From positions 1-64,000 of IMG/VR virus record IMGVR_UViG_2882178878_000003: a stretch of 64,000 nt of DNA. The stretch is one strand, 5' to 3'. The notes under the pieces were generated by a model that was given only the letters and a program-made list of their open reading frames with translations, was not told where the DNA came from and made no database searches. This DNA is from a virus. Taxonomy: Duplodnaviria; Caudoviricetes. A program made the position numbers and the translations under genes. Positions 35,328 through 45,103 of the stretch are shown one piece after another (the first letter of the stretch is position 1; each line of letters begins with the position of its first letter).

Positions 35328-36870
35328 TGAAATAGAGCTAACGACTGCTTCATTGATGGAACTGCTTCAACATTTTGATCCTAAGGCACGCCAAGAACTC
35401 GACCAGCTATTACTTGCTGGTGATGCGCCATTATGGGTACCACAAGAAGGCCCACAACAAACGGCTTATGACTCACAGGCCGATATTGTGTTTTATGGTG
35501 GTGCTGCTGGTGGTGGTAAGACTGATTTACTGCTGGGACTGGCTTTAACATCTCAACAGCATTCTATTATTTTCCGGCGTGAAGCAGTGCAGTTGGTTGG
35601 TATTGAAGAACGCATGACGTCGATTCTTGGTACACGTAAAGGCTATAACAGTCAGTCTGGTGTTTGGCGCTTGCCCGGTAACCGGGTAATGGAATTGGGC
35701 AGCGTAAAAGAGCCGGGTGACTGGATTAAATATCAAGGCCGCGCCCATGACGCCAAGCTATTTGATGAGATATGCCACTTTGCCGAATTGCAATTTAGAA
35801 CATTGATTGGCTGGTTGCGTACCGATCAACCCGATATACGGCAGCGTGTCGTTTGTGCAGGCAATCCACCCACCACTGCAGAAGGTGAGTGGGTAAAGCG
35901 TTTCTGGGCTGCATGGCTAGATCCACAACATCCAAACCCGGCAAAGCCTGGTGAATTGCGTTGGTATGTCACCAATGAGAAAGGCGAGGACGAAGAAGTC
36001 CCCGGGCCTGACATGGTGAAAGTTGGCGACGACATGATGAAGCCAAAAAGCCGGACATTTATTCCATCTTCAGTCAATGACAACCTATTTTTACTTTCCA
36101 CTGGCTATAAGGCTACCTTGCAAGCCCTGCCTGAGCCACTGCGTTCACAAATGCTACGTGGTGATTTTAATGCTGGTGCAGCAGACCCGGCATGGCAGGT
36201 TATTCCCACAGAATGGGTGAAAGCTGCCCAGGCACGCTGGAAACCACGTGAAGTAAAAGGCCCTATGACAGCTTTGGGTTTTGATCCGGCGCGTGGCGGT
36301 ATTGATAAGTCATCACTGGCCAGACGCCATGACAACTGGTTCGATGAAATGATTTCTGCACCTGGTGCAGTCACGAAAGATGGCCCTACTGCTGCTGCAT
36401 TTGTTGTGCCTTACATTCGTGATGGTGCATGTGTTTGTGTCGATAGCATTGGGATTGGTTCAAGTGCACTGGATTTCCTCGTAGGCCTTAATCTCAATGT
36501 GCTGGCTGTGGTTGGTAGTGAAGCTTCGCATGTTCAAACCAAGGCTGGAAACATCCGCATGCGCAATAAACGGGCTGAAATGTACTGGCGTTTGCGTGAG
36601 GCATTAGATCCTACAGCACCTGAACCAATCGCGCTCCCACCAGATTCCGAGTTACTGGCTGATCTTACTGCTGTCCGTTACAAGGTGGTCACTATGGGCA
36701 AAGTGGCTGCCATTCAAATGCGCGATAAAGATGAGATTCGTGAAATGTTAGGCCGTAGCCCGGATAAAGGTGACGCTGTGGCAATGACTTTTGTGGAAGG
36801 CATACCAGATTCCAATTCAACACGTGACACTTATGAGGAAGCAGAAGCCACAGACTGGCGCTATGCCTAG
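35308..36870 (+). CDS. terL: Terminase large subunit
   Basis: YGGAAGGGKT, LFDEI, CAGNP, nuclease LGFDPARGG.D; start may be 35320. Confidence 0.95.
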   Translation: MVAVMANEIELTTASLMELLQHFDPKARQELDQLLLAGDAPLWVPQEGPQQTAYDSQADIVFYGGAAGGGKTDLLLGLALTSQQHSIIFRREAVQLVGIEERMTSILGTRKGYNSQSGVWRLPGNRVMELGSVKEPGDWIKYQGRAHDAKLFDEICHFAELQFRTLIGWLRTDQPDIRQRVVCAGNPPTTAEGEWVKRFWAAWLDPQHPNPAKPGELRWYVTNEKGEDEEVPGPDMVKVGDDMMKPKSRTFIPSSVNDNLFLLSTGYKATLQALPEPLRSQMLRGDFNAGAADPAWQVIPTEWVKAAQARWKPREVKGPMTALGFDPARGGIDKSSLARRHDNWFDEMISAPGAVTKDGPTAAAFVVPYIRDGACVCVDSIGIGSSALDFLVGLNLNVLAVVGSEASHVQTKAGNIRMRNKRAEMYWRLREALDPTAPEPIALPPDSELLADLTAVRYKVVTMGKVAAIQMRDKDEIREMLGRSPDKGDAVAMTFVEGIPDSNSTRDTYEEAEATDWRYA

Positions 36871-36881
36871 GAGAAAATAAC

Positions 36882-39134
36882 ATGCAGACCGTCGAAGAAA
36901 GCACTGCACCCGTAATGCCGCAGTCAGATGATGTGCTAAGCCAGTATGAATATGCTGAAATCATTGGTGAGATTGAAGAACAGCCAGCCTGGCGCCGTGT
37001 GGCTGATAAGGAAATGGATTATGCCGATGGTAACCAGCTCAATGGTGAACTGCTGAGCCGCATGGCTGAATTGGGCATTCCGCCTGCGGTTGAGGATCTG
37101 ATTGGTCCGGCACTGTTATCAATTCAGGGTTATGAATCCAAAACCCGGACAGACTGGCGTGTGACCCCTAACAATGGAAGCGACGGTCAGGACGTCGCAG
37201 ACGCTTTAAACTTTAAGCTCAATCAGGCTGAGCGTGAATCTAAAGCAGATATGGCCTGTGGCAAAGCATTTAGGCCACAGATTGGTTGTGGCGTTGGCTT
37301 TGTAGAAGTATCAAAGGATTCTGACCCGTTTAAGTTTCCATACCGCTGTATGGCTGTGCATCGCAACGAGATCCACTGGGATATGAAAGCGATTGAGCCA
37401 GATTTATCTGATGCGCGCTGGTTGCGTCGTCGTCGCTGGTTGCATCCAAATCGGGTGAAGCTGGTATTCCCACAGCATGCTGAGCTGATTGATAACTGTG
37501 GTAAGCATGGCGGTTCATGGTGGAGTGATGAAACCATCAATGAAGGTGGTGTCAGTACTGGCTTGCAGAACGCATGGAATGAAGCACGTGCATGGACACA
37601 GCAGGAAGATTACTGGTACAACCCGGCTACCAAGGAAGTCTGCTTATCTGAACTCTGGTACCGTCGGTGGGTTCAGGTGCACGTCTTAAAAACATCAGAT
37701 GGCCGTGTGGTTGAATATGATGAGGATAATGTGGCGCATAATCTGGCCATTGCCAGTGGTAAGGCCGAAGTACAGCTGGCGACTGTGACCCGTGTGCGTC
37801 GTGCTTACTGGCTTGGCGGTCATTGCCTGTTTGATGGTCCAAGCCCATACACGCACCGGCATTTTCCCTATGTGCCGTTTTGGGGATTCCGTGAGGATAA
37901 TACCGGCGTGCCATATGGCTATGTGCGCGGCATGAAATATGCGCAAGATAGTTTGAACAGCAGTATCAGTAAGTTGCGCTGGGGCATGAGTGTGACCCGG
38001 ATTGAGCGCACCAAGGGCGCAGTTGATATGACTGACGCCCAGTTGCGTCGTCAGGTTGCAAGGCCTGATGCAGATATTGTACTGAACGCCAGCAAGATGG
38101 CTGAGCCTGGTGCACGCTTTGACGTCAAGCGCGACTACAACCTCACCGACCAGCATTACCAGATGCTCAATGACAACCGCAGTACCATTCAGCGCGTGAG
38201 CGCAGTCACCAGCGGCTTTATGGGTAAGGAAGGCACTGCACGCTCAGGATTGCAGGAACAAACGCAGGTTGAACAGTCGAATCAGTCACTGGCCAGCGTC
38301 ATGGACAATTTCCGCTTTGGCCGTAGCCTGGTGGGTGAATTACTGCTGGCCATGATCATTGCAGACATGGGCAATAAAACACAAAGTATCGTAATTACTG
38401 GTGATGCGATCCGGCCAGAACGCACCGTAGTGATCAATAAGCCGGAAGTTGATGAGCAGGGTTATCCATATCTATCCAATGACCTGCAGCGTACACGCCT
38501 GAAAGTTGCCCTTGAAGATGTACCAAGCACCAACAGCTATCGTGGCCAGCAGCTTAATGCCATGTCCGAAGCGGTTAAATCCATGCCGCCACAATACCAG
38601 GCTGCTGTTCTGCCATTCCTTGTATCACTTATGGACGTTCCATTTAAACAGGAAGTGGTTGAAGCAATTCGTGCCGTGGATCAACAACAGACACCAGAAG
38701 CCTTCAATGAAGCGGTACAAAAAGGCATTGAGGAAGCGATGGTTAAGGCTGCCCATGATCTTAAACTGCGTGAGCTTGAGCTTAAAGAGCGTGTGGCGGA
38801 AAGCGAAATTAAAGGTTTGGATGCCAAGGCAGTACAGATTGGTGTGCAGGCTGCGTTCTCTGCCATGCAAGGCGGTGCTCAGGTTGCGCAGATGCCGATG
38901 ATTGCACCGATTGCTGATGAGATTATGAAAGGTGCAGGCTATAAAAAGCCTAACCCAATGGGTGATGATCCGAGTTTCCCAATGCCGCAGAATGTACCTG
39001 TGCCTACTGGCCAGCCCGCATTAACTGATGTGCATAAAAATACCAGCCCTACCTTTCCACCAGTGCCAAGTGATGGTGTATCATCTATGAGTGGGATTGA
39101 AACAGCCAGTGCCGCTGATAATTTACCAGCCTAA
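36882..39134 (+). CDS. Portal protein (large podovirus type)
   Basis: 750 aa after terL; DYADGNQ, HRHFPYVPFWG, YGYVRGMKYAQD.LN pattern. Confidence 0.9.
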   Translation: MQTVEESTAPVMPQSDDVLSQYEYAEIIGEIEEQPAWRRVADKEMDYADGNQLNGELLSRMAELGIPPAVEDLIGPALLSIQGYESKTRTDWRVTPNNGSDGQDVADALNFKLNQAERESKADMACGKAFRPQIGCGVGFVEVSKDSDPFKFPYRCMAVHRNEIHWDMKAIEPDLSDARWLRRRRWLHPNRVKLVFPQHAELIDNCGKHGGSWWSDETINEGGVSTGLQNAWNEARAWTQQEDYWYNPATKEVCLSELWYRRWVQVHVLKTSDGRVVEYDEDNVAHNLAIASGKAEVQLATVTRVRRAYWLGGHCLFDGPSPYTHRHFPYVPFWGFREDNTGVPYGYVRGMKYAQDSLNSSISKLRWGMSVTRIERTKGAVDMTDAQLRRQVARPDADIVLNASKMAEPGARFDVKRDYNLTDQHYQMLNDNRSTIQRVSAVTSGFMGKEGTARSGLQEQTQVEQSNQSLASVMDNFRFGRSLVGELLLAMIIADMGNKTQSIVITGDAIRPERTVVINKPEVDEQGYPYLSNDLQRTRLKVALEDVPSTNSYRGQQLNAMSEAVKSMPPQYQAAVLPFLVSLMDVPFKQEVVEAIRAVDQQQTPEAFNEAVQKGIEEAMVKAAHDLKLRELELKERVAESEIKGLDAKAVQIGVQAAFSAMQGGAQVAQMPMIAPIADEIMKGAGYKKPNPMGDDPSFPMPQNVPVPTGQPALTDVHKNTSPTFPPVPSDGVSSMSGIETASAADNLPA

Positions 39135-39142
39135 TGCAGTTA

Positions 39143-39183
39143 CCCCTGTAAGGCATGATTAATAAATACCACTTCTCAATAAT
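39143..39183 (+). promoter_or_regulatory. Putative late promoter, motif copy 2
   Basis: CCCCTGTAAGG-N24-AATAAT. Confidence 0.6.
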
Positions 39184-39224
39184 TAAGGTAAGCACTAACG
39201 CTTGCCTTTTTTATTGAGTGAAAC

Positions 39225-39641
39225 ATGAGCCAGTCTGAACAACAGATCGAGCAGGAAATCCAAGCCAAAGGCTTAAATGCACCACGTTTAACGCCTGCTG
39301 ATATTGACCGCGTGATTATTGGTGAACACTACTTCACTGCGGCACAAGGCACCGCAAAAGCCATGGAAGATGCTGCTTTTGTTAATGGGTCACTAAATGG
39401 CGCAGCAATTTTACCAATACCTGCCACTTTGAATCTGCTCACATTCTGCGTACTAACTCTTGAAAACGGCTTTACCGTTACTGGTGAATCGGCATGTGCC
39501 AGTCCTGAAAACTTCAATGAAGAAATTGGCAAAAAGATTGCCTATGACAATGCCCGCGAAAAAATCTGGGTATTGGAAGGCTATTTGCTGAAACAGCGAC
39601 TTTATGATCAGGAACTTTGGCCTGCTTCATATCAGTATTGA
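39225..39641 (+). CDS. N4 Gp49 / Sf6 gp66 family protein
   Basis: APRLTPADID...LTFCVLTLENGFTVTGESACASPENFNEEIGKKIAYDNAREKIWVLEGYLLKQ. Confidence 0.85.
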   Translation: MSQSEQQIEQEIQAKGLNAPRLTPADIDRVIIGEHYFTAAQGTAKAMEDAAFVNGSLNGAAILPIPATLNLLTFCVLTLENGFTVTGESACASPENFNEEIGKKIAYDNAREKIWVLEGYLLKQRLYDQELWPASYQY

Positions 39642-39651
39642 GTAATACATA

Positions 39652-39834
39652 ATGGCCTGCCGTCCTGAGTGTTGCGCATGTCTGGAAGGGCTGACCCAAG
39701 ACGGGTTGGCCCTGACCAATGCTGACTATGACAAGGCTATGGCCATTATTGAACAGCGCACGGATCTCACTGAAACCCAGCGGGAACAAATGCGCATTTA
39801 TGTCTGGCATTTATTTGATGCCCATAATATTTAA
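39652..39834 (+). CDS. Small hypothetical protein
   Basis: 60 aa, N-terminal Cys cluster; in operon spacing. Confidence 0.55.
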   Translation: MACRPECCACLEGLTQDGLALTNADYDKAMAIIEQRTDLTETQREQMRIYVWHLFDAHNI

Positions 39835-39850
39835 ATGAGAGTACGGTTAT

Positions 39851-40087
39851 ATGTTTAATCCACCTCATGTTGGTGAAGTGCTGCGGGAATATATTGATCA
39901 AACGCCGATTGAGATTGTTGCCAAAGAATCTGGCTTATCTATAGCGCGTCTTTCTGATGTACTGGCTGGAAATACTGCTATTACGCCAGATGATGCTAAT
40001 GGGCTGGCAAAAGCACTTAATACATCGTCACAGTTCTGGTTAGACCTGCAAGCACAATATGAAAGCAAGCAAAGTGCAGATCTGTAG
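39851..40087 (+). CDS. higA: HigA-family antitoxin-like HTH protein
   Basis: PPHVGEVLRE...AITPDDA..LAKALNTSSQFWLDLQAQYE. Confidence 0.85.
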   Translation: MFNPPHVGEVLREYIDQTPIEIVAKESGLSIARLSDVLAGNTAITPDDANGLAKALNTSSQFWLDLQAQYESKQSADL

Positions 40088-40361
40088 ATCAGCCAAGCGA
40101 TTGCAGGCCATTCGTACTTTACCTTGCGTACGTTGTGGCAATCCGGATAGTCAGGCAGCCCATAGTAATTTTGCGGAGCATGGTAAGGGCAAAGGTATAA
40201 AAGCCAGCGATGAGTTCACCATTCCCTTATGTATTACCTGTCACCAATGGTTTGACCAGTATCAGGGCATGACTGTGGATCAGAGCAGGACATGGTTTGT
40301 GGAAATGCTGGATAAGACCAATCGTATGTTGAGTGTTGGCGATGGCCACGAAGTATTCTAA
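40059..40361 (+). CDS. Zn-binding HNH-like phage protein (DUF968/NinG-like)
   Basis: LPCVRCG...QAAH...GKGIKASDEFTIPLCITCH. Confidence 0.7.
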   Translation: MKASKVQICRSAKRLQAIRTLPCVRCGNPDSQAAHSNFAEHGKGKGIKASDEFTIPLCITCHQWFDQYQGMTVDQSRTWFVEMLDKTNRMLSVGDGHEVF

Positions 40362-40839
40362 AAAAACATTTATTGTCAGGTCAGAGCAGCACTTAACCAG
40401 TGCTGTTGGCCATTTGCTGCAAAACTATCAGGCTGCTATTAATGATGATAAGCCGTTGCATGTGCATGTGACCACCAAGCAGGACAGTCGCAGTGTGGCA
40501 CAGAACCGCTTGTACTGGATGTGGCTTGGCCAGATTGAAAAGGAAACCGGCAATGATAAAGATGATTTGCACTTTGAGTTTAAAAAGAAATTTCTGATTG
40601 CCATTTATGAGCGAGATGACCAGCAGTATGCAGAGATGTGCCACGCCATCAAGGCACTCAGGCAAAGTCATTCAGAACAATATGCGGCGGTGGCAGCTGG
40701 TGTAATCCGGGAAACATCAACAACCCGGATGACGCCCAAGCAGTTCACAGAATATTTAAATTCCATCCATGACTATACGCTGGTGAGGTTAGGTATTCTG
40801 CTGGCCATACCGGATGAGTTACGGTTTGCTTTTGAATAA
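40342..40839 (+). CDS. ninB: NinB-like recombination protein
   Basis: RSVAQNRLYWMWL...LHFEFKKKFL...STTRMTPKQFTEYL. Confidence 0.8.
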   Translation: MATKYSKKTFIVRSEQHLTSAVGHLLQNYQAAINDDKPLHVHVTTKQDSRSVAQNRLYWMWLGQIEKETGNDKDDLHFEFKKKFLIAIYERDDQQYAEMCHAIKALRQSHSEQYAAVAAGVIRETSTTRMTPKQFTEYLNSIHDYTLVRLGILLAIPDELRFAFE

Positions 40840-40957
40840 AATATTTAAAATTCATATGATTGTATATACAGCAAGGCTTTGAAAGCACTGCTGGTGGCTG
40901 TAGAATTATTGATGCAACATATGATTTGATAAATAATTAAACAGGAATCTAATAATC

Positions 40958-41368
40958 ATGCCACCAGAATCAATCCTCATAACAGTCGCTCCAGAAAATG
41001 ACACCAAAATTTTTAAATGGGAAATTACAGTATCGGAACTTGAGCATAAGTACGAGATTGCTCTATTTGGATTTTTCCCCAACACCCCATTACAGCCAGA
41101 TCCAATCAACCTTAATAAATTTATTACCTCAAGAATTGAGCATGACTATAAGGAGGCTAGTTATCCAGAGTACAGAGGTACTATTCATGAGTGTCACACA
41201 ATTATCTGCCGGAAAAATGCCAAGCTTTTACACCAGTTGGTTCTTGAAATTGTTGATTATATTCACTCAAAAGTTGGTGACTTCAAATCCATAGCTTATC
41301 AAGGCACTAATCATTACTTGAATTTTGATACGCTCAAGGTCAAGTTTCCTGATATTGAACGCAAATAA
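40958..41368 (+). CDS. AT-rich hypothetical moron
   Basis: 136 aa with an AT-rich upstream gap and a terminator-like GCGGCC-TTCG-GGCTGC-T run right after it. Confidence 0.6.
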   Translation: MPPESILITVAPENDTKIFKWEITVSELEHKYEIALFGFFPNTPLQPDPINLNKFITSRIEHDYKEASYPEYRGTIHECHTIICRKNAKLLHQLVLEIVDYIHSKVGDFKSIAYQGTNHYLNFDTLKVKFPDIERK

Positions 41369-41397
41369 TCGGCGGCCTTCGGGCTGCTTTTTTATTA

Positions 41398-41438
41398 CCC
41401 CTGTAGGGTTTTACTATAAATGACGAATGACTAATTAT
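41398..41438 (+). promoter_or_regulatory. Putative late promoter, motif copy 3
   Basis: CCCCTGTAGGG-N24-AATTAT. Confidence 0.6.
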
Positions 41439-41466
41439 CAGCTTTTATCAATTTAGGTATAAAGCT

Positions 41467-41991
41467 ATGGTGGACAGTCTGGTTGCAATGAAATCGTGTG
41501 CCTCATGCAAGACACAGAAGCCATTAAGCGACTTTAGAGTGGTATCAAGTGACTATAAGCATAAATCAGGTGAAGTTGCATACTATAAAAATGCATACTC
41601 TTATTGCTCGGTATGCCACAGAGCGATAGCAAACAAGCTATACAGTGAGGCTGCTGAGCGTCTTATACAATACAGAGGTATTGACCGTTTTTTAGTGGAT
41701 ATGCAGCAGGCATTAAAGTCCAGAAACATGAGCCTGTATAAGTTTACCGAAATAATGGGCTTCAATAAAAAAGTAATTTATGCATGGGTTAGGGGTGAAA
41801 AAACACCATCAAAGCCATTGCAGCGCAAAGTCTGCGATTATCTTGACCTATCATATAATGCATTGGCTTTATCCCCTAACGATGATGGTGTATACCCACG
41901 TGGCATCCGAGTTTGCAAAGCTTGCAATAATGAGTTTGCGGTATTCAAGAATCAAAATGAATGCAAAAGCTTCTGCAATGATTGCACTTAA
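41467..41991 (+). CDS. Zn finger - XRE HTH - Zn finger protein
   Basis: CASC..YCSVC, central MSLYKFTEIMGFNKKVIYAWVRGEKTP, C-terminal CKAC..FCNDC. Confidence 0.7.
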   Translation: MVDSLVAMKSCASCKTQKPLSDFRVVSSDYKHKSGEVAYYKNAYSYCSVCHRAIANKLYSEAAERLIQYRGIDRFLVDMQQALKSRNMSLYKFTEIMGFNKKVIYAWVRGEKTPSKPLQRKVCDYLDLSYNALALSPNDDGVYPRGIRVCKACNNEFAVFKNQNECKSFCNDCT

Positions 41992-42002
41992 TTCTATCGC
42001 TC

Positions 42003-42043
42003 CCCCTGTAGGGTTTCTCCAGAGTTGAATTGCCCGACAAACT
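42003..42043 (+). promoter_or_regulatory. Putative late promoter, motif copy 4
   Basis: CCCCTGTAGGG-N24-CAAACT. Confidence 0.6.
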
Positions 42044-42081
42044 CGCTTCACTTTAAACCTTCCATTTATCTGGAGCGAGTG

Positions 42082-42627
42082 ATGTCCGTTATTAAACCAA
42101 CCGTTGGCCGTGTAGTCCTACTTACGATTTCAGCAGGGTATGCAATTAAAAACCATCTTGCCTGTTCTGACCCCAGTCAGCCATTAGCAGCGCAAATTGC
42201 CTATGTTCATAATGACCGCTTGGTTAATTTGACCGCATGGGATCACAATGGTAAGCAGTTTGGTGTTACCAGTGTTCGTTTACTGCAAGATGATGAGGTT
42301 GCTCCAGAATTGACTGGTTCCTCATTTTATTGTGAGTGGATGCCATACCAGAAAGGGCAGGCTGCCAAGACTGAAGCCGCTGAAGAACTATTGAAAACTA
42401 ATCAAGCTGCAACAGTGACTCCCGATCCATCTGTTCGTCTGGTATTGCCTTATGGCACGCCTATAAAAATTAATGGCATTCCACTAGCGCTTGATCATGA
42501 GGTGATGGTTACGACCCATCCAGCTAATGTGCCGTTAATTTTTCAAAAGGGTGATGAGCCAGTAGTTGGCAGTAGCGACTTGGTCGGTGCTTCAAGTGCA
42601 AGCGCAGAATCCTACTACACCAAATAA
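42082..42627 (+). CDS. Conserved-looking phage hypothetical protein
   Basis: IKPTVGRVV...QPLAAQIAYVHNDRLVNL...TSVRLLQD...CEWMPYQKGQA; GGAG before ATG 42082. Confidence 0.7.
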   Translation: MSVIKPTVGRVVLLTISAGYAIKNHLACSDPSQPLAAQIAYVHNDRLVNLTAWDHNGKQFGVTSVRLLQDDEVAPELTGSSFYCEWMPYQKGQAAKTEAAEELLKTNQAATVTPDPSVRLVLPYGTPIKINGIPLALDHEVMVTTHPANVPLIFQKGDEPVVGSSDLVGASSASAESYYTK

Positions 42628-42693
42628 AAGATCATGCCTTGTTCTCAAAAGCCTGCCATTCGGTGGGCTTTTTTGTACCCAAAATTCCTATAC

Positions 42694-42735
42694 CCCCTGT
42701 AGGGCATGACTCACCTTGCACATCCTTGACAAACT
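42694..42735 (+). promoter_or_regulatory. Putative late promoter, motif copy 5 (before scaffold/capsid)
   Basis: CCCCTGTAGGG-N25-CAAACT. Confidence 0.65.
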
Positions 42736-42808
42736 CAGCAGCACATGGCGCGGAGTAATCCGCATTGCAAACCCTATGGCGGCTACGGCGATATGTAGCA
42801 AGGTAAGC

Positions 42809-43789
42809 ATGACTATCACAGATCAACAATCCGAGTTTATCCAGTCGCACGATGGCGATTTAACACCTGAACAGGCAGCCGCATTATTAGATATGGCTGA
42901 CGGCGATACCGCAACTGCGGAAACTGGTAGCACGCCGGACGCTACCCCTGAACCAGACGTTACGCCACAACCCAAGCCAGCAGAACAAGTAGCTGAGCCT
43001 GATCCAGACAACTCGGTCATTTTGGCAAAGGATGGCAAACACACCATTCCTTTTGAAAAATTGACGGAAGCGCGAAATGCTGAAAAGCACTGGAAGCAGC
43101 AGTATGAAGCCATGCAACAACAAATGGCCGACTTACAAGCGCAGGCACAGTTACGTGCTGATGCAGGTATTGCTCCAACGGTTACGGATAACCAGGTGGC
43201 AGCAGCAGAAGCGGCGATTGCAAACGGCGTAGATCCACAAATCTTTGGTGATTTTTCCGAAGAAGCGCTGGCCAAAGGCATTCAGCAGTTGATTGATCAG
43301 CAAGTCAAGGCACAGGTGGAAGCGCATTTAAGCAGTGCGTTAAAGCCCATACAGGACAAGCAGGCCCTTGATGCAGTGCAGGCACACTATCAGGCAATTT
43401 ATGAAAAGCATCCCGATGCTGATTCAATTGCTGAATCTAGTGAGCTGGACAACTGGATTAAATCCCAGCCGTCCTTTGTGCAAGCTGCAACGGTGGATGT
43501 ACTGCAAAACGGTTCAGCTCAGCAGATCGTTGAGTTATTTGACCGATTCAAGCAGGACACTGGAAAAACTCAGGTTGCTGATAGTGATATTAAAGCCAAA
43601 GCACAAGCGGCCATTGCAAATACTGCCCCACAGCCACCTGCCAGCCTGTCCGACTTTCCGGCAGGTCGCCCCGGTGCTGCCGCAACCCAGCAGGAAGCAA
43701 TGGCCGCAATGGATTCTCAATCCCTACTGGATCACATGCAAGGCATGAGTCCAGAACAGATTGAGCAGTTTTTGAATCGGCGCATCTAA
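42809..43789 (+). CDS. Capsid scaffolding protein
   Basis: Acidic, helical, HTIPFEKLTEAR motif; directly before the capsid gene. Confidence 0.8.
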   Translation: MTITDQQSEFIQSHDGDLTPEQAAALLDMADGDTATAETGSTPDATPEPDVTPQPKPAEQVAEPDPDNSVILAKDGKHTIPFEKLTEARNAEKHWKQQYEAMQQQMADLQAQAQLRADAGIAPTVTDNQVAAAEAAIANGVDPQIFGDFSEEALAKGIQQLIDQQVKAQVEAHLSSALKPIQDKQALDAVQAHYQAIYEKHPDADSIAESSELDNWIKSQPSFVQAATVDVLQNGSAQQIVELFDRFKQDTGKTQVADSDIKAKAQAAIANTAPQPPASLSDFPAGRPGAAATQQEAMAAMDSQSLLDHMQGMSPEQIEQFLNRRI

Positions 43790-43816
43790 TAACGCCATAA
43801 GGATTTGAGGTTTACC

Positions 43817-45103
43817 ATGACAACCAAAACCAATTCCTCTTACGGGGATAAAACCAATATGACGCAACAGGCAGTTGGCCTGTTTGCAACTCACATGCAA
43901 CGCAACAGCACCATGAACCGTCTGGTCGGCAAGATGCCCAAAGGCGAAGCTGGCGCTGAAGCAACCCTGCGCAAGCAAACCACCCAGCACATGCCAATTG
44001 TGCGCTGTCAGGATCTGGGCAAGAAAATGGGCGATGAGGTGACGTTTCACCTGCTAAACCCTGTGAACGCCAAACCCATCATGGGCAGCCACAATGCTGA
44101 AGGCCGTGGCGTTGGCATGAACCTGTCCGAAGACCGTCTGCGTGTAGATCAGGCGCGTTTCCCGGTTGACCTCGGCAATGCCATGACTGACGTGCGTTCG
44201 CCCGTGGATTTCCGCCGTCTGGGTCGCCCGGTTGCGCAAAATCTGATGGACCGCTATTGCGACCAGTCCATGCTGGTGCATATGTGCGGTGCACGTGGCT
44301 TCCAGAACAATATTGAATGGGTCGTGCCAACCGAAAATGATGCTGATTTCTCAGAAATCATGGTCAACCCGGTTAAGGCGCCAACCAAGAACCGTCACTA
44401 TCTGGCCGATGGCACAGGTGTCCAGTTGTTTAAGGAAAATGCGGGTGAAGTGGATATTACCTCTACTGACCTGTTCAAGATGGACACCGTGGATTCCATG
44501 CGCTCCGTGCTTGACCAGATTGCATTGCCACCACCAGTGATCAAGCTGGAAGGCGATGCGGCAGCTGACGATGATCCGCTGCGGGTCTGGATGGTATCAC
44601 CAGCCCAGTACAACAAGTTTGCTGCCGATCCGTCTTTCCGTACCTTGCAGGCCTCTGCACTGGCACGTGCCAATCAGGCGAAAGGACATCCATTATTCTT
44701 AGGTAGCGTAGGCCTGTGGAATGGCTTCCTGATTATGAAGATGCCACGCCCAATCCGCTTTTATGCTGGCAATACCATGAAGTACTGCGCTTCATACAGC
44801 AGCGAAGCTGAATCATCCGTGCTGGTTCCAGCAAGCTTTGGCACTCAGTTTGCCATTGACCGCTCAGTGATTCTGGGTGGACAGGCACTGGCCGAAGCCT
44901 TCGCGTCAGCACGTCAGTCCGGCATTCCATTCTTCTGGTCTGAAAAAGAGCTGGATCATGGTGATAAAGCCGAGCTGCTGATCGGTGCTATTCGCGGTGT
45001 TTCCAAAATCCGCTTTGAAGTGGATGGCGGCAATGGCAAGGAATTCACCGATTATGGCGTGACAGTGGTTGATACCGTGGTTGATAACCTGGCTGGAACT
45101 TAA
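43817..45103 (+). CDS. Major capsid protein (N4-gp56/DUF4043-like)
   Basis: DLGKKMGDEVTFHL...G.G..M.....L.VDQARFPV...GSVGLWNGFLIMK. Confidence 0.9.
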   Translation: MTTKTNSSYGDKTNMTQQAVGLFATHMQRNSTMNRLVGKMPKGEAGAEATLRKQTTQHMPIVRCQDLGKKMGDEVTFHLLNPVNAKPIMGSHNAEGRGVGMNLSEDRLRVDQARFPVDLGNAMTDVRSPVDFRRLGRPVAQNLMDRYCDQSMLVHMCGARGFQNNIEWVVPTENDADFSEIMVNPVKAPTKNRHYLADGTGVQLFKENAGEVDITSTDLFKMDTVDSMRSVLDQIALPPPVIKLEGDAAADDDPLRVWMVSPAQYNKFAADPSFRTLQASALARANQAKGHPLFLGSVGLWNGFLIMKMPRPIRFYAGNTMKYCASYSSEAESSVLVPASFGTQFAIDRSVILGGQALAEAFASARQSGIPFFWSEKELDHGDKAELLIGAIRGVSKIRFEVDGGNGKEFTDYGVTVVDTVVDNLAGT

